From Elusimicrobiota bacterium (GTDB lineage Bacteria > Elusimicrobiota > Elusimicrobia > Elusimicrobiales > UBA9959), in contig JAINCQ010000037.1 of assembly GCA_036574205.1 (NCBI GenBank), positions 32,001-96,000 of the forward strand: a DNA stretch of 64,000 bases, written 5' to 3'. Below the pieces are notes generated by a model, which made no database searches, was not told the origin of the DNA, and saw nothing but the letters and a program-made list of their open reading frames with translations. The position numbers and the translations under genes were made by a program. Below are positions 49,107 to 59,342 of this stretch, piece after piece. How positions within the stretch are numbered: the first letter of the stretch is position 1; every line of letters starts with the position of its first letter.

Positions 49107-50438
49107 TTACATATACCATTCTATTTGAAGTGGATTTGGACCTATTTCTTTTTCAGAATTTATGAATCTTTTAACCAGATCTTTGATTACAACTTCATTT
49201 TTATCTATTTCGAATTCAAAAATCTCATCCAATTTTATTTCTGATTCTGGCACAATCAGAATTGAGTTTTTGGCAAACTTACCCTTTATTGAAAAGTTTA
49301 ATCTTATAATAACACCTGTTAATAAGTTAGTATAATTTTTTTTAGAAGTTAAAAAATCAATTGAAAGAATTTTAAAGTCATATATCTCAAAAATTATATT
49401 TTTGTCATTTTTTATTTTAAGTCTTTCCTGTTTTATTTTTTTAAATAGTTCCTGATTTATTTTAAATTTTTGCAGGGTTGTTGGATCTTTCCACCAGGAG
49501 TATAATCCAAAAATGTTTTCAGCTATAAGAATCTGAAGTTTTGCTTTTGAAAACTCATCTTGAGTTTTTGATTCTTTAGAAGATAAGTTTGTGAACTCTG
49601 ATGTATTAGAATCTATTTGAAAAATATTTTGAAGATTTGCAACATAAGATTCTCCGTTATTTTCTATCAAAGATAATCTCCAGTTTCCATTGTCCATTAT
49701 AAATGTTAAAAATAAAATCCTTTTAACCGGAAAATGGTCTTTAGAAATAAAACTTCCGTTTTTAGAGTTAAGATAATAATATTTTGAAGAAAACATTATA
49801 TATACTGAAATGGCTTTTTCATAATTGGTATATCTTACATTGACTATCTTAATGTCCTCTATTGAAAAGTCTTTAATCTCAGTTCGTATTCCTCTTTGAT
49901 AAAGTTCTATAGATTGTTTCTCATATAGTTCGTAGAGATATTTTGTCGCTATATCCTTAAAATTATTTTCTTGACCAGTTAAAAAAAGGAAATATTGTTT
50001 AAGACAATATCCTGCAAATTCTTTTATATCATCTGGATTTATATTGATCTGATTTAAAATATTTATTGCTTCATTTTCCATTTCATAGAAGTTTTTGTTA
50101 GTAGTATTCTTAAAATTCTTTTCAGATTTTTTCCAAAATAATATTAGTATACTTTTTATAATTTGAAATAAAAGTGGTGGATCTATATGATTGGAATATC
50201 TGTATCTCTGAGGAAAAAGCAAAACTACTATAAGGATTATTATAATAAAGATTGCATTATTCCCTCTATAATATTCTTCTGGCTTAGAATAATCAGGGTT
50301 TGAGTAATTATCTGGATATGAGTTTAAGCTATCATTATATGAAAATGGACTAGCGAGTCTGTCAATAAGATTAAAATTCGCCATCACAAGCGAATCTAAC
50401 GTAAAAATAGCAAATATAAATATAATTCTTTTTTTCAT
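49107..50438 (-). CDS. Membrane protein with Tim44/NTF2-like domain(s)
   Basis: Signal peptide and TM helix; LTFIMDNGNWRLSLIE strand typical of Tim44-like folds. Confidence 0.55.
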   Translation of the reverse strand: MKKRIIFIFAIFTLDSLVMANFNLIDRLASPFSYNDSLNSYPDNYSNPDYSKPEEYYRGNNAIFIIIILIVVLLFPQRYRYSNHIDPPLLFQIIKSILILFWKKSEKNFKNTTNKNFYEMENEAINILNQININPDDIKEFAGYCLKQYFLFLTGQENNFKDIATKYLYELYEKQSIELYQRGIRTEIKDFSIEDIKIVNVRYTNYEKAISVYIMFSSKYYYLNSKNGSFISKDHFPVKRILFLTFIMDNGNWRLSLIENNGESYVANLQNIFQIDSNTSEFTNLSSKESKTQDEFSKAKLQILIAENIFGLYSWWKDPTTLQKFKINQELFKKIKQERLKIKNDKNIIFEIYDFKILSIDFLTSKKNYTNLLTGVIIRLNFSIKGKFAKNSILIVPESEIKLDEIFEFEIDKNEVVIKDLVKRFINSEKEIGPNPLQIEWYM

Positions 50439-50692
50439 TTCATAAGCGAAAAAGATATTATCAAAATAACTGAGAATATTATGCTTATCCCTATTATCGT
50501 AGCTGATATAATCCTTGAAAAATATTCGCTTACCGCTACATTGCCTCTTAGGATTTCTTTTATCTCGTCTATATCCGGGGTTATAGCGTTTATTATATTA
50601 AAGGCTTTTTTTATTATAGTCATAAAAAAAGCAATTGAAACAGCTGATATTATGATAGATATTATGATAATTCCTATTATCTTTATAAACAT
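50435..50692 (-). CDS. DUF350-like small membrane protein
   Basis: ITPDIDEIKEILRGNVAV between two TM helices. Confidence 0.65.
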   Translation of the reverse strand: MFIKIIGIIIISIIISAVSIAFFMTIIKKAFNIINAITPDIDEIKEILRGNVAVSEYFSRIISATIIGISIIFSVILIISFSLMK

Positions 50693-50709
50693 AATTCCTC
50701 CTTTAAAAC

Positions 50710-52140
50710 TTAAAAATGCTTGAAATGCCTTTTTTTAGTAAAGAAAAGGGATATATTTGTTGAATTACATATTTTAATACATTCTTCATCTTCTTTATTT
50801 CCCCCAGTTTCTATTATTATTTTTATCGGTAACTTTGTTAATTCGTTTAATGAATTTATATCAAGGGATCCATCTACGGCTATCATAAGCTCGCTTCTAT
50901 CCAATTTTATTATATTTTGATAATTCATTTTGTAGATTGAAGTTTTTATAGCGTCTAATATAGTAGTTTCACTCTGTGATATAGATAACATTTTGTTGTG
51001 AGACATTATAATGGAGCTAAAAGTTTTTGAATGTTTTGACAACGCAGTCAAAAAACTTATATTTTTTATTTCCTCTATTGAGGGTTTCCTTTTTGTCATG
51101 AGTTTTATGTTTTGAGACTCATCAAATATATCTTTGTCTTGAAAAACAAAATCACCATTGAAATAAAAGATATCATTTTCCTGCGGTGGATTTATTATGT
51201 CTGGCATTTTTATTATTTTTAATTTTATATTTCTATCTTTTATAAACTTATATACATCCTGGGAATATGAGCTGGCTATTACGGCTTCGGCGTTTAAAGA
51301 ATTAAGTTTATTTATAATTTTTGAATCTATTTCACAGTTAAAAACAAATATTTCTCTTTCGCATTTTTTATTTGAAATCATATCATAAAAAGCTTCATAA
51401 ATATTATCTGAGCTTGCAAATCCTGATATATTTGAGTGTCTTATTGAAAAACAAGCTGGATATCGTATATCTGTTTTTAATTCTGCCGCTTTGTTTATAT
51501 CTATTATGTGATTAAGATTTAAACTTCCATTTAATATTTCTATATTTTCCCATAGTTTTTTAGTTTTTATTAAGCTTGAGAATAAAAAGGCTCTTTGATG
51601 GGGATTTTCCCCACAATCAAGTTTCGTAATTCTTTTCAATGGAATAGTTATTTCTTCGGATGTAATATTAAGATATGGAAAAATTTCATAGCTTTTTTTA
51701 GAAATTCCAAATGCGATCGCGCTATATAAATTAAACATAAGTTCTTTTTTAAGATTATTTCCTATCTCGCCAAAAAGTTTTAAATTTTCTTTCACTTTTT
51801 CATAATCAGTGTATTTACATATAGCAGGTATTCCGCTTTTAGCTGCAGAGATCAGTAAAATTAAATTATATGTGTCATCTATTTCATCTTGCAATATATC
51901 GGCTATTATAAGCGACGGTTTTGAAGGTAATGACTTACTTTTTTTGCCTAATAGAAAAGATGATATCGCGATGTTTGGATGGTAGACATCGGATTTTACT
52001 TCTTCTGCCTCTATCCCATTTCTAAGCAGATAAGAAAAGGTTGAACCCTGTGAAAATATTCTATATTTTAAATCTGCTAAAATTTTTAACAGTTCAATGA
52101 TTCTTTCCTTATTATAAAGATTTACATAGACCAGATTCAT
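50710..52140 (-). CDS. purH: Highly degenerate PurH homolog
   Basis: MGS-like N-terminus, GENPHQ.A, IIETGG..D, RHFKH end; catalytic motifs altered. Confidence 0.75.
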   Translation of the reverse strand: MNLVYVNLYNKERIIELLKILADLKYRIFSQGSTFSYLLRNGIEAEEVKSDVYHPNIAISSFLLGKKSKSLPSKPSLIIADILQDEIDDTYNLILLISAAKSGIPAICKYTDYEKVKENLKLFGEIGNNLKKELMFNLYSAIAFGISKKSYEIFPYLNITSEEITIPLKRITKLDCGENPHQRAFLFSSLIKTKKLWENIEILNGSLNLNHIIDINKAAELKTDIRYPACFSIRHSNISGFASSDNIYEAFYDMISNKKCEREIFVFNCEIDSKIINKLNSLNAEAVIASSYSQDVYKFIKDRNIKLKIIKMPDIINPPQENDIFYFNGDFVFQDKDIFDESQNIKLMTKRKPSIEEIKNISFLTALSKHSKTFSSIIMSHNKMLSISQSETTILDAIKTSIYKMNYQNIIKLDRSELMIAVDGSLDINSLNELTKLPIKIIIETGGNKEDEECIKICNSTNISLFFTKKRHFKHF

Positions 52141-54137
52141 TTTAAACCTATAAGTTTTATAAATTCTTCTTCGTTTATTATCTTTACTCCAATTTTTTTA
52201 GCTTTTTCAGACTTTGACCCCGGGTTTATACCAACTACAACATAAGAGGTTTTTGGAGACACAGATGAAGATGTCTTGCCCCCAAGTTCTTCAACCATTT
52301 TTTGCGCCTCTGTTCTGGTCATTGAATTCAATTCTCCTGTAAAAACAAAGGTTAAACCTTCAAGCTTTTTATTTTTAAGCTCCTGGTGATATATGGTGTT
52401 TACCCCTGATTTTTTAAGGGACTCAATCATTTCCACTATCTCATTTTGGCTAAAAAAATTATATATGGACTCAGCTATTACCGGACCAATCTCATTTATG
52501 TTTGATAGTTCTTCTTTATTTGCTTTCATAAGTTTTGTTATATCTTTGTATGTTTGTGCTAGTATTTTTGCTGTTTTTTCTCCAACATGTCTTATCCCAA
52601 GAGCATATATGAGTTTATCCAGATTTTGCTTTTTTGATCTTTCTATTTGAAAAATTAAATTATCTGCTTTTTTGTCTTTAAAAAGATCTAATTTAAATAA
52701 ATCCTCTTTTTTTAAGTTATATATATCGCTTAGCTTTCTTATAATATTCTTGTCAATGAGTCCATCCACAGTGCTTTCTCCCATCCCTTCTATATTCATA
52801 GCATTTCTTGAAGCAAAATGTAGGATATTTCTTTTTATTTGCTGTGGACAGTTAGGATTTATGCACCTTATATATACTTCATTACTTTCTTTAAAAAGCT
52901 TAGCCCCACAACTTGGACAGTTATATGGAATTTCTATATCCTTTTCATTGCCAGTTCTTTCTTCAATAACAACCCTTGATATTTTCGGTATAACATCTCC
53001 TGCTCTTTCTACTATTACAGTATCTGATATCTTTATGCCAAGACGTTTTATTTCATCAAAGTTATGAAGGGTAGAACTTGAGATAATTACACCACCGCAT
53101 TTTACTGGAGTTAATTTTGCAATGGGTGTGATTATCCCGGTCCTTCCTACTGAAAAGATAACGTTCTCAAGTTTAGTTTTTGCCTGATGAGCTTTAAATT
53201 TAAATGCGATTGCCCATTTGGGGCTTTTTGCGGTAAATCCAAGAATTTTCTGTTGCTCAAAAGAATTCACCTTTATAACTATTCCATCTATTTCAAAATC
53301 AAGTTTTTCTCTTGATTTTTCAATTTCTTCATAAAACTTTAAAACATCTTCTATGTTTAAACATAATTTCCTGATAGAATTTGTAGGTATTCTAAGCTTT
53401 TCACATAACTCTAAATATTCTATCTGAGTTTCTGGCTTTTTTATCCCTTCTATTACAGCATATGAATGTGCCATAAATTTAAGGTTTCTCAAAGCGCTAA
53501 CTTTTGGATCTTTTTGTCTAAGCGAACCACTTGCAGCATTTCTTGGATTTGAAAACGGTGTTTCTCCTTCATCAATCTGCTTTAGATTGAGTTTGAGAAA
53601 ATCTTTTTTATCCATATAAACTTCGCCTCGTATCTCAATAGCAGAATTTTCAGGCATATTGATTTTTAAGGGTACTGATTTAATTGTTTTTACATTTAAT
53701 GTTATATCTTCACCAATTTCCCCATCTCCTCTTGTTGATGCCCTTTTTAAAATTCCATTTTCATATTCAATTGAGCATGATAGACCGTCTATTTTTGCTT
53801 CTGCAAGCATCTCAAAGTTTTTCCCTATTGTTTTTTCAATTCTATTATACCACTTAATAAATTCATTTTGCGAATAGCAGTTGTCAAGCGAAAGCATAGG
53901 AAGGGTATGTTTTACTGGTTTAAATTCTGATGAAGCAGTCCCTCCGACTCTTTGTGTTGGAGAATCTAGCGTGATATAATCTGGATATTTTTCTTCAAGA
54001 GATTTTAATTCGTTCATTAGTTTATCAAATTCAGCATCTGTTATTTGGGGAGAATTTAATACATAATATAAATATTCATGTTTTCTTATTTCTTCTTTTA
54101 ATTTTTCTATTTTCTGTTTAATGAAGGGATCGCTCAT
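52137..54137 (-). CDS. ligA: NAD-dependent DNA ligase
   Basis: KIDG, TRGDG..GED, RNAASGSLRQ, Zn finger, BRCT domain. Confidence 0.98.
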   Translation of the reverse strand: MSDPFIKQKIEKLKEEIRKHEYLYYVLNSPQITDAEFDKLMNELKSLEEKYPDYITLDSPTQRVGGTASSEFKPVKHTLPMLSLDNCYSQNEFIKWYNRIEKTIGKNFEMLAEAKIDGLSCSIEYENGILKRASTRGDGEIGEDITLNVKTIKSVPLKINMPENSAIEIRGEVYMDKKDFLKLNLKQIDEGETPFSNPRNAASGSLRQKDPKVSALRNLKFMAHSYAVIEGIKKPETQIEYLELCEKLRIPTNSIRKLCLNIEDVLKFYEEIEKSREKLDFEIDGIVIKVNSFEQQKILGFTAKSPKWAIAFKFKAHQAKTKLENVIFSVGRTGIITPIAKLTPVKCGGVIISSSTLHNFDEIKRLGIKISDTVIVERAGDVIPKISRVVIEERTGNEKDIEIPYNCPSCGAKLFKESNEVYIRCINPNCPQQIKRNILHFASRNAMNIEGMGESTVDGLIDKNIIRKLSDIYNLKKEDLFKLDLFKDKKADNLIFQIERSKKQNLDKLIYALGIRHVGEKTAKILAQTYKDITKLMKANKEELSNINEIGPVIAESIYNFFSQNEIVEMIESLKKSGVNTIYHQELKNKKLEGLTFVFTGELNSMTRTEAQKMVEELGGKTSSSVSPKTSYVVVGINPGSKSEKAKKIGVKIINEEEFIKLIGLK

Positions 54138-54568
54138 TTTATAATATTTGTTTTTGCTATTGTGTCCAAAACCCCATTTATAAAATCTGGGCCTTTGTCA
54201 AAATTTGGTGAATACATTTTTGATATTTCCACTGCTTCGTCTATTACTATAGGCACTTCATTTTTCATATAAATCATTTCAGCTGTTGACATTCTTAAAA
54301 TTGCTTTATCGGTAGGAAATATTCCTTCAAAATCCCATTTTCTTGAAGCATTTTTTATTATTTCATCTATTTCTTTAATGTGTTCTATGGTAATTGAAAA
54401 AAGATTTTTGTAAAATTCCATCACAGATGGGTCATTCATCATACCTATATTTTCGCTGTTAGGAACATAAGTGGCAAGTATTTCATCTTTCGGAATCTTC
54501 CCAACATCATAAAGATAAAGAGATATAAAGCAGTTTATTCTGGCAAGCCTTCTTCTTCCGATATTCAT
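54134..54568 (-). CDS. nusB: Transcription antitermination factor NusB
   Basis: RRLAR, DKAILR, IDEAVEISK, FINGVLD. Confidence 0.95.
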   Translation of the reverse strand: MNIGRRRLARINCFISLYLYDVGKIPKDEILATYVPNSENIGMMNDPSVMEFYKNLFSITIEHIKEIDEIIKNASRKWDFEGIFPTDKAILRMSTAEMIYMKNEVPIVIDEAVEISKMYSPNFDKGPDFINGVLDTIAKTNIIK

Positions 54569-54661
54569 ACTTACCTCTAAAAAGAACTATATCAATATAT
54601 ATTATTATACATTTTTTAATTCAAAAACTCTAAATTAATTAAATTTTACATCTAAGGGTTT

Positions 54662-56622
54662 CTAATGTTTTGTGCAACTTAATTTTATTTGATTTTTGAA
54701 GTTTTCAATTTCTTTCTGGTTATAAATTTGATAAAGCGATCTTTCGTCTATGGATATAATCCTTGCTTTTTCGCATATATTTCTTTTCTCTTTTTCGTTT
54801 TTTTCTCCATAAATATATATAAGCCCAAGATATGCGTTAATACAATAGGGGTCCTTTTTAATTAGAACTAAAAAATCTTTTTCAGCGTTAGTTTTGTCAT
54901 TTTCAATAAGATAAATCACAGCTCTATCGCTTAATAATCTTGAATCCTCGTTATTCTTAAGCTTTTGATTAAGATATAAAATGGCTTGTTTATAATTTTT
55001 TTCTGACATATACTTTAAAAATAATGGATCATCTTGCTTTTTATTGCATGAATTTGCGTATATTAATTTAAAATATTTTTTTTCGGTTTCTATGAATATT
55101 TTATTTTTTTCGGGTATATAATATATTTCAAATTCGTCAGATTTTGTAATAAAATTGGACTGAGCTATTATAAAATTGGCAATTTCAATGTAGCTTTTCA
55201 CTATCCTGTTATAAAAATCTGAAATATTTTTAGGGTGAATATAATATATTTTTTTACCTGAAATACTAATAGCATTATGTGAAACAATAGCAAGTTTTCC
55301 TTTTTCCTGTTTAAAATCCTCAAAGGAAAAAGAATTAATATTAGAGGTAAATTTTATTTCTTCAGCAGCTTCCTTATAGGGAAATATCAAAACTGTATCC
55401 TTTTCGTCTTTGATTCCATATGCAATTATTTTATCGAGTAGTGATCTATAATAGGCATTAGTAAAATAAGCGAATTTCATCTTTGAAAAAATGATTGGCG
55501 ATAAAAGGATAAGAACAAAGAAAGATTTGTATTTTATTTTTTTAAATATCTCATAAAAAGCCTGAGCAAAAACAATAAACAATATAGGTGATAAAGGAGC
55601 AATGTATCTTTCTTCTAAATGATATATATTTGAAGGATAAAAAATATAAGTTAGTGTCATAATAATAGATGAAAAAATAAGAATGATTTCTTCTTTTTTA
55701 AATTTTAAAACACACCCCTTGATGATTATAAATAATAATACAACAATTTCAAAAGGAAGAAAAAATATCTGAAATAAATCTATAAATCTGTTTTTAACAT
55801 ATATGATATACTGTGGAAAGTTAGAAATTATTTCCCAGTAACCAAGATTTTTCCCCCTCCCATAAAAATGCAGAATGGCCGGTGATAGAATAATTATAAT
55901 TACAATAAAAATCCCTGTTTCAAATTTTGAAAAATCATTATGTATGTTTTTTATTGAGACTACTGTGTATAATATTACAGGCAAAGCATAGATTACAAAT
56001 TCAGTTCTAAAAAGAGAAGCTAAAATTATTGAACTCAAACAGAATATAAGAGAAGAAATTTTGTTATTTGAGATGAATAAACTTATGCTGAAAAGTATTA
56101 GAGAGTTTATCATAGTTGCAAAAGAAACCATTCCTTTATGATATAAAAAATATCCAAAAAAAAATTTTGAAGAAATATAGAAAACGATTGCAAGAAAACC
56201 TATCTCTGTCTTTTTATAAATTAATCTGGAACTCTCAAAAATCAGGAAAAGAGAAATAAAACCACAAGATATACTTATAAACGTTGCTACTGAAGTTGAA
56301 TTCCCAAAAATATTTTGAAAAAAACTGCATTAACATATGGATATATTATGCCATGCCTGTGATAAGTAAAAAAATCCTTTAAATTTCCGCTTGCCAGTAA
56401 ATTTGCCATATTCAGCTCTTCAAAATCATCTGAAATGCCTATAAATTTAAGCCTTAAAATAAAAGATAAGAGGATTAAAATAGCGAATAAAACAATCGTG
56501 GCTATTAAATATTTCTTATCATCATATCCTCTAAAAATCTTATTTTTGTTTGTGATAGAAAATAAAGAAAACAGATATATTATTATAAATAGGGTTATGC
56601 TTATAACGTAAAAAAATTCCAT
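54662..56622 (-). pseudogene. GT-C/ArnT-like polytopic glycosyltransferase with C-terminal TPR, split by one frameshift near 56320
   Basis: SDDFEE and HGIIYP in the first part; the -1 frame (FGNSTSVATF...HKGMVSF) runs without a stop into ORF 54662-56131, which has R.E and ERY motifs and a TPR tail. Confidence 0.7.
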
Positions 56623-56623
56623 C

Positions 56624-57300
56624 TTATCTTTTTTTCCCAACTATTAGTATAGTGGTAGTATTATCAAGCTTTGAGATTTCACTAAAAATTTCTTTGCCTT
56701 TATAGCTTTTAAGAAATTCTCCATCTGAAACATAACTTTTTATTTTATAAAATCTAAAGTCTTTCCCATATATTTGTTTTATTCTTTTTATATGTTCTCT
56801 TTTTAAAAAATTTGGATAGAATATCAGTAAGTGATTTGATTGCGCTTTCTTAGCTAAAGCGTATATGTTTTTAGGTTCAAATATTGGGTAATATCTCTTG
56901 TGACAATCTTTAATTCCCTTAAAATCTTATCTATTAAAAAATCAAAACTTGAAACTGATGGTTCAACTATTACGCTGGCAACTCTTGAAAATTTCCAGAA
57001 TATCTTTTCAACTATGGAATTTAAAAATAGAGGATTTCCGCTTGTCAGAAAAACAATGTTTTTATATTTTTTTAAGTTTTTTTTAATTGTTAAATAAATA
57101 CTTTTAATAAGAGATTTTTCATCAAACTCTTTTTTTTCGGGAAGAATGAATTTTTTGGGATTTAACCATAAGAAATCTTTTTCTTCCGCCACATCACTTA
57201 TAACAATATCAGCTTGTTTTATTATCTCTTCAGTTTTATATGAAATATTAAATGGATTTAAGCCAAAAGAGCATATAAAAAGCTTTTTTTTTACTTCCAT
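56624..57300 (-). pseudogene. Tetrapyrrole (corrin/porphyrin) methylase-like protein, frameshifted near 56900
   Basis: FLTSGNPLFLN and EPSVSSFD motifs; the -1 frame continues YYPIFEPK...TTTILIVGKKR* and ends just before ATG 56622. Confidence 0.72.
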
Positions 57301-57993
57301 TTATTTGCTTTCTAAAATCTCTGTGGATATAATATAATCCAATTTTGGAAAATTCTCTTTTAAATATTTATTTCCTTCAGACTGGATATGCGCCTGAGAT
57401 GGTCCTCTGCCGTATGGCTCTCCTTCTCCGTAGCCGGAATATAGGTTATCTGCTACTTCCATACCATCAATTACTTTTGCAAATGGAGAAAATCCAATAG
57501 AATCTAACCTTGAATTATCTTTAAAATTTATGAAAAGTTGTGTAGTTCTTGTATTTGCTCCAGCTGTTGCAAAGGATATTGTTCCCCTTGTGTTTGAAAG
57601 TTTTACAGGATCATCTTCTATGGTGGCATTTAACCATTTTTCTGAAACTTTTGGATCAGGGTTTATTCCAAATTGCGCCACAAAATCAGGTATTACCCTG
57701 AAGAAAGCCGCGTCATTATAAAAACCGTTTTTAACAAGGTTGTAAAACCTATCAACCCCTTTTGGCGCCCATTCTCTTTTAACTTCTACTACAAAAACGC
57801 CTTTTGTTGTAGTGAATCTTACTTTAAAGGCATCAGGGGCTGTTTCATTCATTGTTTGCGGATTTAATAATTTTTCCATATTCACTCCATTTAATTTATA
57901 ATTTTCACTTTCAATTTTTATAATGCTTTTTTCTTTATATTCTTTGCAGGCAAAAAAAGATAATATTAAAACAGCGATTGCTATTTTTCTCAT
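57301..57993 (-). CDS. Cyclophilin-type PPIase, probable lipoprotein
   Basis: FFRVIPDFVAQFG, RGTISFA, RTTQLFIN; FFAC lipobox. Confidence 0.93.
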   Translation of the reverse strand: MRKIAIAVLILSFFACKEYKEKSIIKIESENYKLNGVNMEKLLNPQTMNETAPDAFKVRFTTTKGVFVVEVKREWAPKGVDRFYNLVKNGFYNDAAFFRVIPDFVAQFGINPDPKVSEKWLNATIEDDPVKLSNTRGTISFATAGANTRTTQLFINFKDNSRLDSIGFSPFAKVIDGMEVADNLYSGYGEGEPYGRGPSQAHIQSEGNKYLKENFPKLDYIISTEILESK

Positions 57994-58021
57994 ATTATCC
58001 TCCAATTATTTTAAAGCATAT

Positions 58022-59233
58022 TCAATTTTTATTTAAGTCTTTATGTTCTACTATAAAACTTCCAATTACAGAATAAAAGACAGTTGCCTTAATAAGGTCC
58101 GATATCGGCATTTGTTCATTCACGCTATGCGCGTATATTTCATTAGCAGGGCCAAATCCAACAGATGGTATTCCGAGCCGTCCAGCTGATGCTACACCAT
58201 TTGTTGAGAATACCCATTTACCAACTTTAGGTTTTTTCTCAAGCGCAAAATTTGCAGCTTTTATTGCTGACTGAACAAGATGATGTTTTTCTTCTAAAAC
58301 CCATGTCGGAAAATATTTCTCCTGCTTTACCTTTAATCCTTTCCAGCTTGTTGCCTCATAATTTAGTATTTCTACCTTTGCCTTATACTTTTTTACAGAA
58401 GGTAGATTTTTTATTTGCTTTATTGCAAGATCTTTATCCTCACCTTTTGTAAGTCTTCTATCTAAATATATTACAGCTTCATCTGGAATAGCATTTAAGG
58501 ATGGAGTCTTAGATTCTTCATATGTTACAGCAATGGTTCCTTTTCCAAGAAAGTGGTCATTTTTTAATTTTTCATTTAATTTTGTTACTTCTTGAATAAT
58601 ATGGCTCATTTTAAATAGAGCATTATCTCCTCTTTCTGGCGCTGAAGCATGGCAGGATTTCCCCTTTACCGTTATTTTTATTTCCATCCTTCCCCTGTGT
58701 CCTCTATAAACCGAAAGATTTGTCGGTTCAGTTAATATTACATAATCGGGTTTTATTTTTTCTTTATTTACTATGTGAAGAATTGGAAGTCCATCACAAT
58801 CTTCTTCCTGAACCGAACCTACAGCTATGTAGGTATATTTATTTGCAAGTCCAAGCTCTTTAATTATTTTTCCAGCATAAACCATTGAAACCATTGAAAG
58901 CTTTTGATCACTTGCTCCCCTTCCCCAGATTTTGTTATCTTTTATAATTCCTTCAAATGGCTTTATTTTCCACTCTTTAGGATCTCCAACGCCAACTGTG
59001 TCTATATGAGCGTCTAACATTACTTTCATTTTTCCATTTCCAATAAATCCGAGAATGTTTCCCATTTTATCTATTTTTACTTTATCAAAACCACAGATTA
59101 TCATTTCTTTTTCAATTAATCTGACAAGGTCCCCTTCTTTTGTTGAAAAACTTGGAGTTTTAATCATTTTAACAGCAAAATTAATTATGTCTTTTTTATA
59201 TTTTTCAGCTAATTCTTTTACTTTTTTATCCAT
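58022..59233 (-). CDS. ygeY: YgeY-family M20 hydrolase
   Basis: DAHIDTVG, GRGASDQ, VQEEDCDG, GHRGRMEI, WVFSTNGV. Confidence 0.88.
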   Translation of the reverse strand: MDKKVKELAEKYKKDIINFAVKMIKTPSFSTKEGDLVRLIEKEMIICGFDKVKIDKMGNILGFIGNGKMKVMLDAHIDTVGVGDPKEWKIKPFEGIIKDNKIWGRGASDQKLSMVSMVYAGKIIKELGLANKYTYIAVGSVQEEDCDGLPILHIVNKEKIKPDYVILTEPTNLSVYRGHRGRMEIKITVKGKSCHASAPERGDNALFKMSHIIQEVTKLNEKLKNDHFLGKGTIAVTYEESKTPSLNAIPDEAVIYLDRRLTKGEDKDLAIKQIKNLPSVKKYKAKVEILNYEATSWKGLKVKQEKYFPTWVLEEKHHLVQSAIKAANFALEKKPKVGKWVFSTNGVASAGRLGIPSVGFGPANEIYAHSVNEQMPISDLIKATVFYSVIGSFIVEHKDLNKN

Positions 59234-59274
59234 TTGATTCCTCCATATATTCTTATGTTATTATACTAAATTTG

Positions 59275-59342
59275 TTTGATATAATTTTTATTGATGAAAT
59301 CAATAAGATTTGATATAATTTTTATTGATGAGATCAATAAGG
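59275..59342 (+). promoter_or_regulatory. 34-bp tandem duplication containing an extended -10 box, a palindrome and the start codon
   Basis: TTTGATATAATTTTTATTGATGAAATCAATAAGA / TTTGATATAATTTTTATTGATGAGATCAATAAGG (32 of 34 identical). Confidence 0.85.

Noticed and set aside
41590..56930. Programmed -1 frameshifting in the DUF483-like and methylase genes
   Set aside because: No canonical X_XXY_YYZ heptamer lies in the allowed shift windows; single-base loss is simpler.
43185..59233. Selenocysteine recoding in the ssnA/ygeY-associated genes
   Set aside because: These ORFs are full length with no in-frame TGA, and the radical SAM interruption is TAA.
59288..59340. Canonical FNR box
   Set aside because: The spacer is 3 bp rather than 4; kept only as an unassigned palindrome.
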